Source: Ginglymostoma cirratum
Lineage: Eukaryota
Assembly (NCBI GenBank): GCA_024137785.1
Contig: JAHRHZ010000088.1
Span: 9,382,064-9,446,063 of the forward strand
Direction: 5' to 3'
Length of the DNA: 64,000 bases
Below the pieces are notes generated by a model. That model did no database searches. It was given only the letters and a program-made list of their open reading frames with translations, and was not told where the DNA came from. Shown here piece by piece: positions 62,976-64,000 of this stretch. Within the stretch, counting starts at the first letter, position 1; the number at the start of each line of letters is the position of its first letter. Made by a program: the position numbers and the translations under genes.

Positions 62976-63139
62976 CCTTGCTTCCAATGGAACTGAGTTG
63001 GCTGAAGTCATCATCCAATTATAGTATAGGCAAGGATTCTCAAATGAAAAGAAAACAGCTCATTGGTTTGTTTTTTTCATGCTTTTCCTGTTGTGCAATA
63101 AAAGTTAATGTTACAAACTCTTGGCAATCTTCACAATAT

Positions 63140-64000
63140 TCAAGGCTCCCACAACGAAACATCACAATGCATGTTTTTATGTGAGTATGTGCACCAGGCA
63201 AAGAACAACACACCTCCAGACAGAGGTCTAATATTGTGCAGTGCTAAGAAATGATGGCTTCTCGAGCCTCGTTCTTGTTGCTGCAGCTGATATGAGTCAA
63301 CCAGACATGTGATGATATAAAGTGATAATGTATTTCTAAACATGACATTCTATATACAATGAAGTGCCAACGGTGCCACTTCTATGCCCTTATTCTTTTT
63401 CCTTTCCCTCCCGTTATATCCAGGTGCAGCGCTGGGGTCAGCAGCCAGGGTAAGGGCAAACTGCACTTTGTTGCAGCCTGTCGCTCTTGGAACTTTGGAC
63501 AGATGACCTAGGTTTGGACACTTGTGGCTAGAGGGCCCAGACATGCTTACAATGACCTGGTCACAAGCAGGTTCACCCTCCTCCGAGTTGATGGTCGCGG
63601 GCAGCTTGAAGATGGTGGGGCCAGGCACCTCTGGAGTGTCCCAAAACAAGTATTTTTGGGAGTGCTGTATGGGGTTCCTTCTCTGGCTGACTGTCTGTTA
63701 GCACCATCTTGTCTCCTGGTGAGGAAGAGGCCCCTGGATTGAAGTGAAAGTCCCTCTTCCTCCTGTCACCTTGCTGCTGATGCTGAGAACCAATGGTTAC
63801 ATTGATGGAGTGCGCGTCCGCATTTGTCTTTGGCAGTCACTGAGTGTTCTACTCGACCTGGCTGTCTCCATGGTGACCACCGACTTGTCAATGGAGAAAG
63901 CCAGATGCAGCGTGCCAGAATCAGCACGGTACACAGGACTCCACTAGTCTTCCATCTTCCTGGGTGTCTCTGACAAACCTGGCTGCTGCTCCTGTGTCTG
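63140..64000 (-). mobile_element. Possible decayed DNA-transposon accessory ORF (PIF/Harbinger-like), tentative
   Basis: GC-richer, coding-like relic with stops and a basic C-terminal patch (GRERKKNK). Family assignment is impression only; no diagnostic motif is visible. Confidence 0.25.

Overview
Eukaryotic, AT-rich, repeat-dense DNA from a cartilaginous fish: the HE1-type V-SINEs, CR1 LINEs and Deu-domain SINEs point to an elasmobranch, but the species cannot be determined from the sequence. Two + strand host genes are supported. (i) The last coding exon of an SS18-family gene (39323-39349, AQYGNYQQ*) with a ~3.8-kb 3' UTR. It is called SS18L1 from its position next to MTG2; no earlier exon was recognised, so 1-39322 is probably one very large intron. 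(ii) A complete MTG2/GTPBP5 mitochondrial Obg GTPase gene (promoter ~47.1-47.3 kb, six coding exons 49129-56216, 382 aa). The large intron is a stack of nested retroelements, including a decayed Gmr1-type Gypsy element with integrase placed before RT. The most interesting signals are: about 11 short Penelope-type elements carrying hammerhead-ribozyme cores (one intact, several with 9-14-bp target-site duplications, two at the edges of the assembly gaps); several locally templated inverted or ectopic insertions; and a Sp/KLF-box promoter array split by a CR1 insertion. All coordinates were read by eye, and repeat boundaries are approximate.
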